Shown here: piece after piece, positions 50,289 to 59,343 of the stretch
Layout of the letters: the number at the start of each line of letters is the position of its first letter
How positions within the stretch are numbered: position 1 is the stretch's first letter
Origin: Actinomycetales bacterium
Lineage (GTDB): Bacteria > Actinomycetota > Actinomycetes > S36-B12
Reading direction: 5' to 3'
NCBI GenBank assembly: GCA_016125355.1
Contig: WGLX01000001.1
Coordinates: 137 to 64,136, forward strand
Length of the DNA: 64,000 nucleotides
The notes under the pieces: generated by a model
The model's database searches: none
What the model was told of the DNA's origin: nothing
Seen by the model: the letters and a program-made list of their open reading frames with translations, nothing else
Translations under genes and position numbers: made by a program

Positions 50289-51812
50289 ATGACCCTTCGG
50301 ACGAGGTCGATCATCGCTTCGGTGGTGGCCGTCATCATCCTCGTCCTGATGGGCCTGATCCTGCTGCTGCAGTACAGCGTGACGACACTCGCGAACCTCG
50401 CACTTCAGGACATCGTGTCCCCCAGCGTGGACTCGTCGGCGCAGTTGACCCTCGAGCAGGCCAATGCCAGTGGGGCGCTGTCCGACTACATCATGCTCAG
50501 CAGGGCGGAGTCGCTCGACGAGTACCGGCAGACCATCGGTCGTGCCACGACCGTGCTCGACGGCCTGCGCGACGACCTGTCGGGCGATGCCAAGCTGGCC
50601 GACCTCGTGGCCGCAGCCCGCGCAGCGCAGCGCGACTGGGTCAAGGCGGATGCCGAGCCGTCGATCACGCTCATGGAGGCCGGGCGCAAGCAGCGGGCCA
50701 TGCGGCAGACGAACTCCGATCAGGCGTGGGCCACCTATCAGGCCATGGTGCAGGCCTCCGCGGCGCTGCACGACGCACTGAATGCCCAGCGCGACGAGAT
50801 CGCGGCCGCCGGGAAGTCCTTCACTCGCTCCCTGGGCATCTCGCTGCTCGTGATCGGCGTGCTCATCCTCATCGGCTTGGGGGTGTTCTTCGGCGGACTG
50901 CGCGCATGGGTGCTCCGGCCGCTGGGGCACCTGCGCGGTGACCTCCAGCGGGCCGCCCGGGAGGAGGGTCACACCAGCCCCATCCGGCCGAGCGGACCGC
51001 CGGAGATCAAGGCCGTCGGCATCGACGCCGAACTCCTGCGGCGCAGCCTGGTGCGCGAGATCGACGAGGCCGAGGCTGCCAAGGAGGGCCTGGTCCAGGA
51101 CGCCCCGGTGGTTGCCGCGATGCAGCGCGAGATGGCGGGTGCTGTTCCACCGGTTCCGGAGGGGCTGGCCGTCTCGGGCTGGAGTCAGTCGGCAGAGGGC
51201 GTCATCGCCGGCGACTGGTGGGACGTCATCCCCCAGGGCGACTCCGCGATCGCCCTCGTCGTGGCGGATGTCTCCGGGCACGGCCCGTCGGCCGGGGTGA
51301 CCGCCCTGCGGGTCCGATCGATCATCCGCGCTGGCCTGGCGGCAGGGCTGGCGCCCGAGGTGGTCGCGTCCATGGCGGCGGACGCCTGCATCGACGACAC
51401 CCACTTCGTCACCGCCATCCTCCTCGTCATCGACACGGAGTCGGGGACGCTCACCTGGTGCAACGCCGGCCACCAGCCGGCCATCGTGGTCACACGCGAC
51501 AAGGAGTCGTCCCTCTGCGACCCGACCGGCCCGCTCCTGTCCGCCCTCGGCGGCGAGTGGTCCGTACGCACCCAGTTCTTCCGGCCCGGCGACGTCGTGG
51601 TCGCGTACACCGACGGCCTCGTGGAGTCCCGCAACGCGGACGGGGAGGAGCTGGAGACGTCGGCCCTCTCCTTGCTCATCCGCGGCATGGACGCCCCTGT
51701 GCGCGAGCACCCGGAGGAGCTGATCCCCCTGCTCCTCGGCCAGGTTCGGCACCGGGCCGCCGACTGGCGTCGCGACGACGTCACCGTGCTGGCCGCCTCA
51801 CGACGGACCTGA
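50289..51812 (+). CDS. Membrane sensor PP2C (SpoIIE-type) phosphatase with helical extracytoplasmic domain and HAMP
   Basis: TM, about 150-aa helical sensor, TM, HAMP. PP2C motifs GDWWDV, VADVSGHG, YTDGLVE. Confidence 0.88.
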   Translation: MTLRTRSIIASVVAVIILVLMGLILLLQYSVTTLANLALQDIVSPSVDSSAQLTLEQANASGALSDYIMLSRAESLDEYRQTIGRATTVLDGLRDDLSGDAKLADLVAAARAAQRDWVKADAEPSITLMEAGRKQRAMRQTNSDQAWATYQAMVQASAALHDALNAQRDEIAAAGKSFTRSLGISLLVIGVLILIGLGVFFGGLRAWVLRPLGHLRGDLQRAAREEGHTSPIRPSGPPEIKAVGIDAELLRRSLVREIDEAEAAKEGLVQDAPVVAAMQREMAGAVPPVPEGLAVSGWSQSAEGVIAGDWWDVIPQGDSAIALVVADVSGHGPSAGVTALRVRSIIRAGLAAGLAPEVVASMAADACIDDTHFVTAILLVIDTESGTLTWCNAGHQPAIVVTRDKESSLCDPTGPLLSALGGEWSVRTQFFRPGDVVVAYTDGLVESRNADGEELETSALSLLIRGMDAPVREHPEELIPLLLGQVRHRAADWRRDDVTVLAASRRT

Positions 51813-51873
51813 TTTCACCCGAGTCTTACCCGGCGTTTTGGGCGCGACGGACCCCCCATGGCACCATGGCCGG

Positions 51874-53142
51874 ATGCGCCGACTGACAGCTATTGCCAGC
51901 CTGACCGCCGTGGGGGCACTGCTCTCCTCGCTCGTGGTCGTCCCTGCCGCCGAGGCCCGCCCCCGACAGGATCTGCGGGGGACGACCGTCCAGCAGAACC
52001 TGTTCGGAATGCACGTGTTCAACGTGCAGAACGGCCAGTGGCCGACCGTCCCGATCGGCTCCCTGCGGCTGTGGGACAACGAGACGACGTGGGCCCAGGT
52101 CGAGCCTGCGCCGGGCCAGTTCGACTGGACCAAGCTCGATGCGGCCGTCCAGAACGCGCAGTCCCATGGCGTGAACGACATCCTCATGGTGCTGGCCGGC
52201 ACACCGGCATGGGCGACCGACAACCCGGCGTCCGGCGGCGCGGCGGGCGTGCTGCCCGGTGCGGCCGGCATGCCCAAGAACATCGCCGACTGGGATGCGT
52301 GGGTCACCGCCGTGGCCACGCGCTACAAGGGCCGCATCACGTCGTACCAGCCGTGGAACGAGGCCAACCTCGTCACCTTCTCGACCGGAACCCCGCAGCA
52401 GATGGCGGAACTCACCAAGCATGCGTACGACATCATCAAGAGCATCGACCCGAACGCGACGGTTGTCGCCCCCAGCATGGGGACGCGGCTGGGCAGCAAC
52501 GGCAGCCAGCTCAGCAAGAAGTTCATGCAGTTCTACGGCGCCTACCTGCGCCAGCTGAAGGCCGACAACTGGCCTGTCGACGTCTGGTCGGCCCACACCT
52601 ACCCGGCATCCCTCGGCACGCCCGCCGACCGCGCTCTGCTGATCAAGGGCTTCCAGAACGCCCTGCGGGCCTTCGGAGCGCCGGACAAGCCGATCTGGGA
52701 CACCGAGAACAACTTCGGCCTGGCCGGCCCCGGGCCTCAGAACCCGGACCAGGACATCACGGACTACCGGGCGGCCAGCTGGACGGCGCGCACCTACCTC
52801 GACGCCCTGCGCTATGGCATCAGCCGCGTGTACTGGTACGCGTGGGGACCGGAGAACGACCTCGTCGGCATCCAGATGTACGACGGCTCGCCCGGCGCCC
52901 AGGCGTACGCGACGCTGCAGGACTGGATCGTCGGCGCCACGTTCAAGAAGTGCACCGGGACCGCCAAGGTCACGTGCACCTTCATCAAGGACGGCAAGCG
53001 GACGAAGATCGTCTACGCCGCGAAGAACCGCAAGAACTTCGTGACGAAGGGCTTCTCCCAGGTCTGCGAGCTCGACGGCACGTGCACGCCGATCACCGGC
53101 AAGCGCATCCGCACCGCGGGTCCCGTCCTCCTGAAGAAGTAG
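51874..53142 (+). CDS. Secreted glycoside hydrolase (clan GH-A TIM barrel, family not assigned)
   Basis: ATG 51874 with a signal peptide. WDNETTWAQVEPAPGQFDW and YQPWNEANL (acid/base NE). Confidence 0.78.
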   Translation: MRRLTAIASLTAVGALLSSLVVVPAAEARPRQDLRGTTVQQNLFGMHVFNVQNGQWPTVPIGSLRLWDNETTWAQVEPAPGQFDWTKLDAAVQNAQSHGVNDILMVLAGTPAWATDNPASGGAAGVLPGAAGMPKNIADWDAWVTAVATRYKGRITSYQPWNEANLVTFSTGTPQQMAELTKHAYDIIKSIDPNATVVAPSMGTRLGSNGSQLSKKFMQFYGAYLRQLKADNWPVDVWSAHTYPASLGTPADRALLIKGFQNALRAFGAPDKPIWDTENNFGLAGPGPQNPDQDITDYRAASWTARTYLDALRYGISRVYWYAWGPENDLVGIQMYDGSPGAQAYATLQDWIVGATFKKCTGTAKVTCTFIKDGKRTKIVYAAKNRKNFVTKGFSQVCELDGTCTPITGKRIRTAGPVLLKK

Positions 53143-53159
53143 CCCTCCCCCGCCCGTTC

Positions 53160-53220
53160 GTTGAGTGGCCTGGTGGCGGCGAGTTCTCGCGCAATTTTCG
53201 CCGCCACAGGGCCACTCAAC
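53160..53220. repeat. 61-nt hairpin repeat H1 (GTTGAGTGGCC...GGCCACTCAAC)
   Basis: Arms of 23 nt with two mismatches. 18 nt downstream of the glycosidase stop. Contains the DUF559 stop codon. Confidence 0.8.
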
Positions 53221-54091
53221 GGGTGCGGGACAGCGCGGCTTGCACGAGACGTACCGTCTGGTCCGGCCGCCTAAGGTCATCCGCCGTGAGGACGATGACC
53301 CGCCAACCCGCCGACTGGAGCGCATTCAGTCGCTCCGCATCCCGACGGCGCTGCCGTTCCTCGAGATGGACCCGCCCGTCGTACTCGACGATCACGCGCT
53401 TATCGGGCCAGACCATGTCCACTCGGGCGAGCCACATGTCGTCCGCGTAGATATCCACATTGCAGCGCGGGGGAGGGCAGCCACCCCGGAGGAGGAGCAC
53501 GCGGGCCCACGACTCGCCGGGCGACTCGGCTCGCCCATCGAGGATCGGGACAGCCTTACGCACCTTGGCCATGCCGCGACGCCGATACCCCCACTGGAGC
53601 AGGTGCTGGAACTCACCCTCATGGCCGAGGCCGCGATGGAGGATGGCATCCCCCATCGCCACCAGGTCGGCGAAGCTCATCAACTCCGCACAATCCAGCC
53701 ACGTCCGCACCGGCGTCGTGACCGCGACGCCATTGAAGTCCATGACATGGAAGGCCGGGAGCAGGAGCCTGCGACCACGAACCCCACGCCGCTTCGGCCG
53801 CGCCCTCCCCGGCCGCACGGCCACCGACACGTCGGCGCCGGGGATCTCCGCGCCGCTCGGCAGCGGCAGCCCCCAGAGGCGCGCTGCCGCGAGATCCGTC
53901 ACGACGGCGTCGTCCACGCACCCGAGCACGGCCGCGTCGATGTCCACGGCCCGGTCGCCGATCGACTCCGCGCGGCGACGCACTCCGCGGGATGCCGTGA
54001 GGAAGCCGGGCCCCCGCGCCTGCTTGTCCGAGAGCCCGGCGCCTCCGATCTTCGAGGCGGGGAAGACGTCGGGGGTGGGATGGTCGATCAT
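53216..54091 (-). CDS. DUF559 (Vsr-like endonuclease fold) domain protein
   Basis: ATG 54091. C-terminus VIVEYDGRVHLEERQRRRDAERLNALQSAGWRVIVLTADDL is typical of DUF559. The stop codon lies inside hairpin repeat H1. Confidence 0.75.
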   Translation of the reverse strand: MIDHPTPDVFPASKIGGAGLSDKQARGPGFLTASRGVRRRAESIGDRAVDIDAAVLGCVDDAVVTDLAAARLWGLPLPSGAEIPGADVSVAVRPGRARPKRRGVRGRRLLLPAFHVMDFNGVAVTTPVRTWLDCAELMSFADLVAMGDAILHRGLGHEGEFQHLLQWGYRRRGMAKVRKAVPILDGRAESPGESWARVLLLRGGCPPPRCNVDIYADDMWLARVDMVWPDKRVIVEYDGRVHLEERQRRRDAERLNALQSAGWRVIVLTADDLRRPDQTVRLVQAALSRTR

Positions 54092-54180
54092 TCCTCGACC
54101 CTGCGGTGGCGGGGCGGCCACGCCCATGGGGTGACGCTCGGCTGTGGACGCCTGACCACCTCGCACCCCACCCCCATGTC

Positions 54181-54241
54181 GTTGAGTGGCCCGGTGGCGC
54201 CGGAATTCCGGCTGATTTCGGCCGCCACCGGGCCACTCAAC
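54181..54241. repeat. 61-nt hairpin repeat H2 (same family as H1)
   Basis: Same length as H1. Positions 1-22 and 41-61 are nearly identical to H1 and the loop is divergent, with an internal GCCGGAATTCCGGC palindrome. 14 nt downstream of the SDR stop. Confidence 0.8.
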
Positions 54242-54254
54242 GAAATGGAGGGGG

Positions 54255-55034
54255 CTAGCGCTGCTCGTTGATGGAGTTGCCGCCGTCGACGATGATGCAC
54301 TGGCCGGTGACGTACGCCGCGCCGGGCGTGCACAGCCACGCGATCGCGCTGGCCACCTCCGCAGGGGTGGCACTGCGACCGACCGGCACCCGCAGGCCCT
54401 CACCGGCCTCCTGCTCGGTCTGCGATCCGGTCGCGATCCACCCGGGAGCAACCGCATTCGCCGTGATTCCGAACCGCGCGTAGTCCACGGCGATGGACCG
54501 TGCCATCCCGACCATGCCCGCCTTGGCCGACGCGTATGTGATCTCGTTCCGCATCGCCATGACCGGACCGGTCACGCTCGACACGTGGACGATCCGCCCC
54601 CACCGCCGCTCGACCAGATGCGGCATGGCCGCGCGCGTCACGAGAAACGCGCTGTCGAGGTTGCGCTCGATCCCCGCTCGCCAGGTCGCGGGATCGGTGC
54701 CCCGCAGGTCCCCGCCTTCCGGAGACGTGCCGACGCTGACCATGCCGGCGTTGTTGACGACGATGTCGAGACGCCCATGGGCGACCAGGGTCTCGGCCAC
54801 GAGGCCCTCGGCCGCCTCCGGCGACGTGAGATCGGCGACATGCCCGGACGCGCTCGCACCCCGAGCACGCAGTTCGTCCGCCCTCAGCTGGATCCGGTCC
54901 GTCGTCGCCGCCACCGCGACGGACGCGCCCAACTCCGCCAGCAGCACCGCCGCCGCGAATCCGATCCCTGTCTCCGATCCAGCACCCGTGACGAGGGCCA
55001 CCCGGCCACTGAGGTCGAAGGTCGCAGGAGTCAT
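54255..55034 (-). CDS. SDR-family oxidoreductase (FabG-like)
   Basis: VALVTGAGSETGIG, NNAG, YASAKAG. Confidence 0.92.
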   Translation of the reverse strand: MTPATFDLSGRVALVTGAGSETGIGFAAAVLLAELGASVAVAATTDRIQLRADELRARGASASGHVADLTSPEAAEGLVAETLVAHGRLDIVVNNAGMVSVGTSPEGGDLRGTDPATWRAGIERNLDSAFLVTRAAMPHLVERRWGRIVHVSSVTGPVMAMRNEITYASAKAGMVGMARSIAVDYARFGITANAVAPGWIATGSQTEQEAGEGLRVPVGRSATPAEVASAIAWLCTPGAAYVTGQCIIVDGGNSINEQR

Positions 55035-56425
55035 GGCTGCATCAGCAGGCGCACAGCCTCATGGAACAACTCCGTGTGCAGGTCCACGTCCGTGCGCCGC
55101 GTAGCCGGGCACATCAGGGCCATGTTGTGGAAGGGCGTCATGAGGACCCCCCGGTTCGACATGAACAGGTGCAGGTACTCCTCGATCTCGTCGTCGTGAG
55201 CGGCCGCCGACTCCGTGCCGGTGCGCGGTGCCGGGCGGCAGAAGCGGTACTCGGCGCGTGCACCGAGCTGCGCGATGGACCACGGCACATCGAACTCCTC
55301 GAGGGTCTGCTCGACGCCCTCGCGGAAGGCCGTGGCGAGTTCGATCATGTGCTCGAACGCCTCGTCCGTCAGGACCTCGCCCAGAGTGGCCCGCATGGCT
55401 GCCGTCGACAGGACGTTGCCGGCCAGCGTGCCCCCGACACCGCCGACGTCGACCAGATCCACCTCGGCGTGCGATCGCACGACGGCGGCAACCGCCTCCG
55501 TGATGCCATAGGCCCCGGTGGGGATCCCGCCGCCGATGCTCTTGCCGATCACGAAGATGTCCGGCCGCAGTCCCCAGGCCTGGGTGCATCCGCCCGGACC
55601 GGCGGAGATGGTGTGTGTCTCGTCGATCAGCAGCAGCGCCCCGTACTCCGTGCACAGCTCTCGGACTCCCTCGAGGAAGCCGGGCTCCGGCAGCACGATG
55701 CCGATGTTCGTCAGCGCCGGCTCCCTGACGACGACGGCGACATCACCGTGGGAGAGCCCCGCCTCGACCGACGCCAGGTCGTTGAACTCGGCGACGCGTG
55801 TCGTCTCGCTCACGTGGACGGCCGGTCCCACGTTGCCACCACGCGGCGCCGTGCCACCATCGGGCCCGGTGATGACGAAGGTCTCGTCCACCGACCCGTG
55901 GTAGCAGTACGAGAACGCCATGACCTTCGGACGTCCGGTGACGAGGCGGGCGATCCGCAGCGCCCAGCGGTTGGCATCGGTGGCGGTGAGGCTGAACGAC
56001 CACAGCGGCATCCCGAAGCGACGGGTCAGCTCAGCCGCGACCCACTCGGCATCGAGGCTCGGCATCATCGTGGTGATGCCGCCGTCGACGCCGATCCGCT
56101 GCTGCACGGCGGCCACCGTGGGCTCGGGTGAGTGACCAGCCATGGCACCCGTGTCACCGAGGGCGAAGTCGACGTACTCGTTGCCGTCGATGTCGGTGAT
56201 GCGGTTGCCGTGTGCCGTCGCCAGGTAGAGCGGGTAGCCCCCGGACCACTTGTTCATCCACGTCATCGGGACCCGGCCGAAGAGGTGGTCGGCCTCCTCG
56301 AAGGCCGCCCGCGACTCGGGGGTGCGGCGCAGGTGCTCAGCGCGCTCGTTCTCGAGGAGGGTGGTGAGGCGCATACGGTCGATGGCAGGCACGAGGGCTC
56401 CAGGGTTCGAGGTCGACACCTGCAT
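55031..56425 (-). CDS. Class III (GSAM-like) PLP aminotransferase
   Basis: 464 aa. LIDETHT and the PLP-lysine motif FVIGKSIGGGIP. 4-nt overlap with the SDR gene. Confidence 0.9.
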   Translation of the reverse strand: MQVSTSNPGALVPAIDRMRLTTLLENERAEHLRRTPESRAAFEEADHLFGRVPMTWMNKWSGGYPLYLATAHGNRITDIDGNEYVDFALGDTGAMAGHSPEPTVAAVQQRIGVDGGITTMMPSLDAEWVAAELTRRFGMPLWSFSLTATDANRWALRIARLVTGRPKVMAFSYCYHGSVDETFVITGPDGGTAPRGGNVGPAVHVSETTRVAEFNDLASVEAGLSHGDVAVVVREPALTNIGIVLPEPGFLEGVRELCTEYGALLLIDETHTISAGPGGCTQAWGLRPDIFVIGKSIGGGIPTGAYGITEAVAAVVRSHAEVDLVDVGGVGGTLAGNVLSTAAMRATLGEVLTDEAFEHMIELATAFREGVEQTLEEFDVPWSIAQLGARAEYRFCRPAPRTGTESAAAHDDEIEEYLHLFMSNRGVLMTPFHNMALMCPATRRTDVDLHTELFHEAVRLLMQP

Positions 56426-56469
56426 TCAAGCAACGCAGCGGGCGCTCGTCACCGGTTGGGCACGGACAA

Positions 56470-57072
56470 GTGGGACGGTCCCGCCCCTCACCTGCTCCGT
56501 CGCGTACATGGCAGGCTTGCCGGGTGGCCGACCAGGAAGCGACCCCCGACCAGCGCGAACCGCGGGAGCTGAAGCTGCGCCTGTGGGGCCTGACCTTCGA
56601 CGCCCACCGGCTGGTCTACGCCACCATCATCCTGATGACGGCCCTCGCCATCTACGACGAGGGCACCGCGCCACTGACCACGCAGCCGATCCTGGCCATG
56701 TTCGGCATCGCCATTGCCCCGCTCTTCGCGCTGTCGATGGCGCACGCCTTCTCGGACGCGATCGACCTGCAGATCCGCAGCGGGCACCGGCTCACGTGGC
56801 GCGAGCGCCGCCACCTGCTCGCCGACAACCTCGAGTACCTGTACATCGCCATCCCGCCGATCATGCTGACGATCGTGCTGTCGTTCTTCGGCTGGGATGC
56901 GAACGACGTGGTCGGCCTCGTACAGCTTCTCGGACTGGCCAGCCTGGCCATGTGGGGAGGCTTCGCCGCGCGGGCCGCGGGACTGTCCGGCTGGGTTCAG
57001 GCGCGGTTCGCCGTCAGCTACGCGATCATGGGCGCGATCGTGATCACCGTGGAGCTGATCCTCACCCACTGA
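56470..57072 (+). CDS. Hypothetical membrane protein (4-5 TM)
   Basis: ORF only. GTG 56524 is an alternative start. No family recognised. Confidence 0.55.
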   Translation: MGRSRPSPAPSRTWQACRVADQEATPDQREPRELKLRLWGLTFDAHRLVYATIILMTALAIYDEGTAPLTTQPILAMFGIAIAPLFALSMAHAFSDAIDLQIRSGHRLTWRERRHLLADNLEYLYIAIPPIMLTIVLSFFGWDANDVVGLVQLLGLASLAMWGGFAARAAGLSGWVQARFAVSYAIMGAIVITVELILTH

Positions 57073-57077
57073 CGGCG

Positions 57078-58436
57078 CTACGGCACCTGCCAAGCCGGCA
57101 CCCCATCGGAACCCGGACGAGCCAGCAGGCCGGCGGCCACGCCTGCGAGGAAAGCGGCACCCATCGCCCCCGGCTCGTCAATGTCCACGACCGTCGACGT
57201 ACCGAGCTGGCGCGCCTTCGCGTCGGCCACCATCGGATTGTGGATCCACCCGCCGGCGAGCACGGCCGTGCGGTGCGGTCCCGCGACACTGGCCATCTGC
57301 GCGATCGGCACGCCCGACATCTCGGTGAGGTCCTCGACGACGGACCGCCAAGTCTGCGCAGGTGAGATGCCGTCCGTGATCCCCCCGATGACGAGCGCGT
57401 CATTCCCGACATCCACCAGGTGGGGGGAGTCAGGTCCGCGCTCCTCGGCGAGCGCTGCCTCGGCGAGAAGGAGACGCGACTGTCGGTCGTCAGCCCCGAG
57501 CATGGCCGACACGCGTTCCAGGGAGAGGCCGGTCAGCCGTCCCGCCAACAGGATCTGGTGTCCCGGGCGGACCGACCAGTCGACGTCGATGTCCTGGTCC
57601 GTGAGCCACTCGATCTGATCGATCGGAACGGTCGCCGGCACCGTGCGGATGAGCGCCTCGGCCGTCCCCATCGAGTCGAACAGCGTGCCCTCACTCGTCG
57701 CTCCCGAGACCAGCACAGCCGCCTGATGGTCCAGCCCGGCCACGGTGAGCGTCGCACCGCGAAGGACCTCGGGCACGGCCTCCCCTCGCACGGCCCCCGC
57801 CGGGTCACCCGCCCACACACGCTGCTCCGCGAGCAGCCTGCCCACCAGCTCCTCCGCCACCGGCCAGGGCTCCCGGGTGGTCGCGTCGAGCATCCCGGTG
57901 CGCGAGGCGAGCGATGCCTCACTCACCTCCTCCCCACCCATCGCCCGCACGATCCACTCGGCGATGCACAGGTGGCGCACGGCGTCGTTCGCCGACGGCA
58001 CATGAGCCCGGAGCCACATGATCTTCATGAGGGAGGGCTTGGAGTTGAGCCGGCGGCCGGTCGCCCGCTGGAAGTCCCGGGGGGCAACGAACGCACGCAC
58101 GGCATCGGCGTCGCCGCGCGGATCGAACCAGGCCAGCGCCGGCGCACAGGGCCGACCAGAGGAATCGATGAGCACCCCGGCCTCTGCGATACCCGTGACC
58201 CCGACACCGTGGACCCGCACCGGTCCGCCGATCGACTCGGCAGCCTCCGCGCACACGCCGATGGCGACCGCCGCGAGCTCACCGGGATCGGCGTCGGCGT
58301 TGGGTCCGGCATGACGCCACGGTGTGGGCCGGGAGGCCGTGGCGAGCACTTCCCCGCCCGCCGTCACGGCGAGCGCCTTGATCGACGTCGTGCCAACGTC
58401 CACCCCGACCAGTACGTCCGTCGCCATCACCACCAC
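57078..58436 (-). CDS. FGGY-family carbohydrate kinase
   Basis: VGVDVGTTSIKAL N-terminal motif with FGGY N- and C-domains. Substrate unknown. Confidence 0.9.
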   Translation of the reverse strand: MVVMATDVLVGVDVGTTSIKALAVTAGGEVLATASRPTPWRHAGPNADADPGELAAVAIGVCAEAAESIGGPVRVHGVGVTGIAEAGVLIDSSGRPCAPALAWFDPRGDADAVRAFVAPRDFQRATGRRLNSKPSLMKIMWLRAHVPSANDAVRHLCIAEWIVRAMGGEEVSEASLASRTGMLDATTREPWPVAEELVGRLLAEQRVWAGDPAGAVRGEAVPEVLRGATLTVAGLDHQAAVLVSGATSEGTLFDSMGTAEALIRTVPATVPIDQIEWLTDQDIDVDWSVRPGHQILLAGRLTGLSLERVSAMLGADDRQSRLLLAEAALAEERGPDSPHLVDVGNDALVIGGITDGISPAQTWRSVVEDLTEMSGVPIAQMASVAGPHRTAVLAGGWIHNPMVADAKARQLGTSTVVDIDEPGAMGAAFLAGVAAGLLARPGSDGVPAWQVP

Positions 58437-58503
58437 CCCGCGCTAATGTCAGGAACACGCTATTGGCCGCGATGGCCCGGCGCTTGTCGATGAGAGGAAA
58501 ACC

Positions 58504-59343
58504 ATGTCCGACGCCACCTTCCGCCTCCGCCGGATGTTCAACCCTGCTTCCGGCCGCTGCCTCGACATCGCGGTGGACCATGGCTTCTTCGGCGAGAAGA
58601 CCTTCCTTCGCGGAATCGAGGACCTCCCCGCAGCCGTCGACACCCTCGCCCAGGCCCGCCCCGACGCGATCCAGCTGACCATCGGGCAGGCCCGGCTGCT
58701 CCAGTCCCAGGGCGGTCGCGAGCGCCCCGCCCTCGTCCTGCGCACCGATGTCGCGAACGTCTACGGCGCACCCCTGCCCGACCACATGTACGACCTCACC
58801 CTCCCCAACGTGGCGCTCGCCGGGGTGCAGCTCGATGCGGCCTGCGTCGTGGTGAACCTGTTCGACCTGCCCGGGCGCCCGCAGGTGCGCGAGGCCTGCC
58901 TGCGCGCGATCCTCAACGCAAAGGTCGACTGCGAGAAGTACGGCATGCCCCTGATGGTCGAACCCCTGGTCATGAAGGAGAGCGCCGCCGGCGGCTACGA
59001 GGTCAACGGTGACCTCGACCGGATCATCCCCGTCGTGCGCCAGGCCGTCGAGCTCGGCGCCGATGTCATCAAGGCTGATCCCACGGACGATCCGGCCGAC
59101 TACCACGAGGTCATCCAGACGGCGTCCGGGATCCCGGTGCTCGTCCGCGGCGGCGGCAAGGTCGACGACGACGAGCTGTTCCGACGCACTCAGGCCGTCC
59201 TGGAGCAGGGTGCGGCCGGGATCGTCTACGGACGCAACATCATCCAGCACGACAACCCGGCCGGCATGACGCGCGCCCTCATGGCCATGCTGCATGACGG
59301 GGCGGATGCGGCGCGCGCGAGCGAGATCCTGGCCGCCTCGTGA
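58504..59343 (+). CDS. Class I aldolase of the DhnA/LsrF family
   Basis: 279 aa. LDIAVDHG, GADVIKAD (putative Schiff-base Lys), GIVYGRNIIQ. Confidence 0.84.
   Translation: MSDATFRLRRMFNPASGRCLDIAVDHGFFGEKTFLRGIEDLPAAVDTLAQARPDAIQLTIGQARLLQSQGGRERPALVLRTDVANVYGAPLPDHMYDLTLPNVALAGVQLDAACVVVNLFDLPGRPQVREACLRAILNAKVDCEKYGMPLMVEPLVMKESAAGGYEVNGDLDRIIPVVRQAVELGADVIKADPTDDPADYHEVIQTASGIPVLVRGGGKVDDDELFRRTQAVLEQGAAGIVYGRNIIQHDNPAGMTRALMAMLHDGADAARASEILAAS

Noticed and set aside
56472-56482. GGGACGGTCCC palindrome in the aminotransferase/membrane-protein divergent region, considered as a Dos box.
   Set aside because: The GGGAC/GTCCC arms are separated by 1 nt instead of 4, so it cannot be a DosR-type site. 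It is kept only as a possible local operator under the catabolic-cluster finding.
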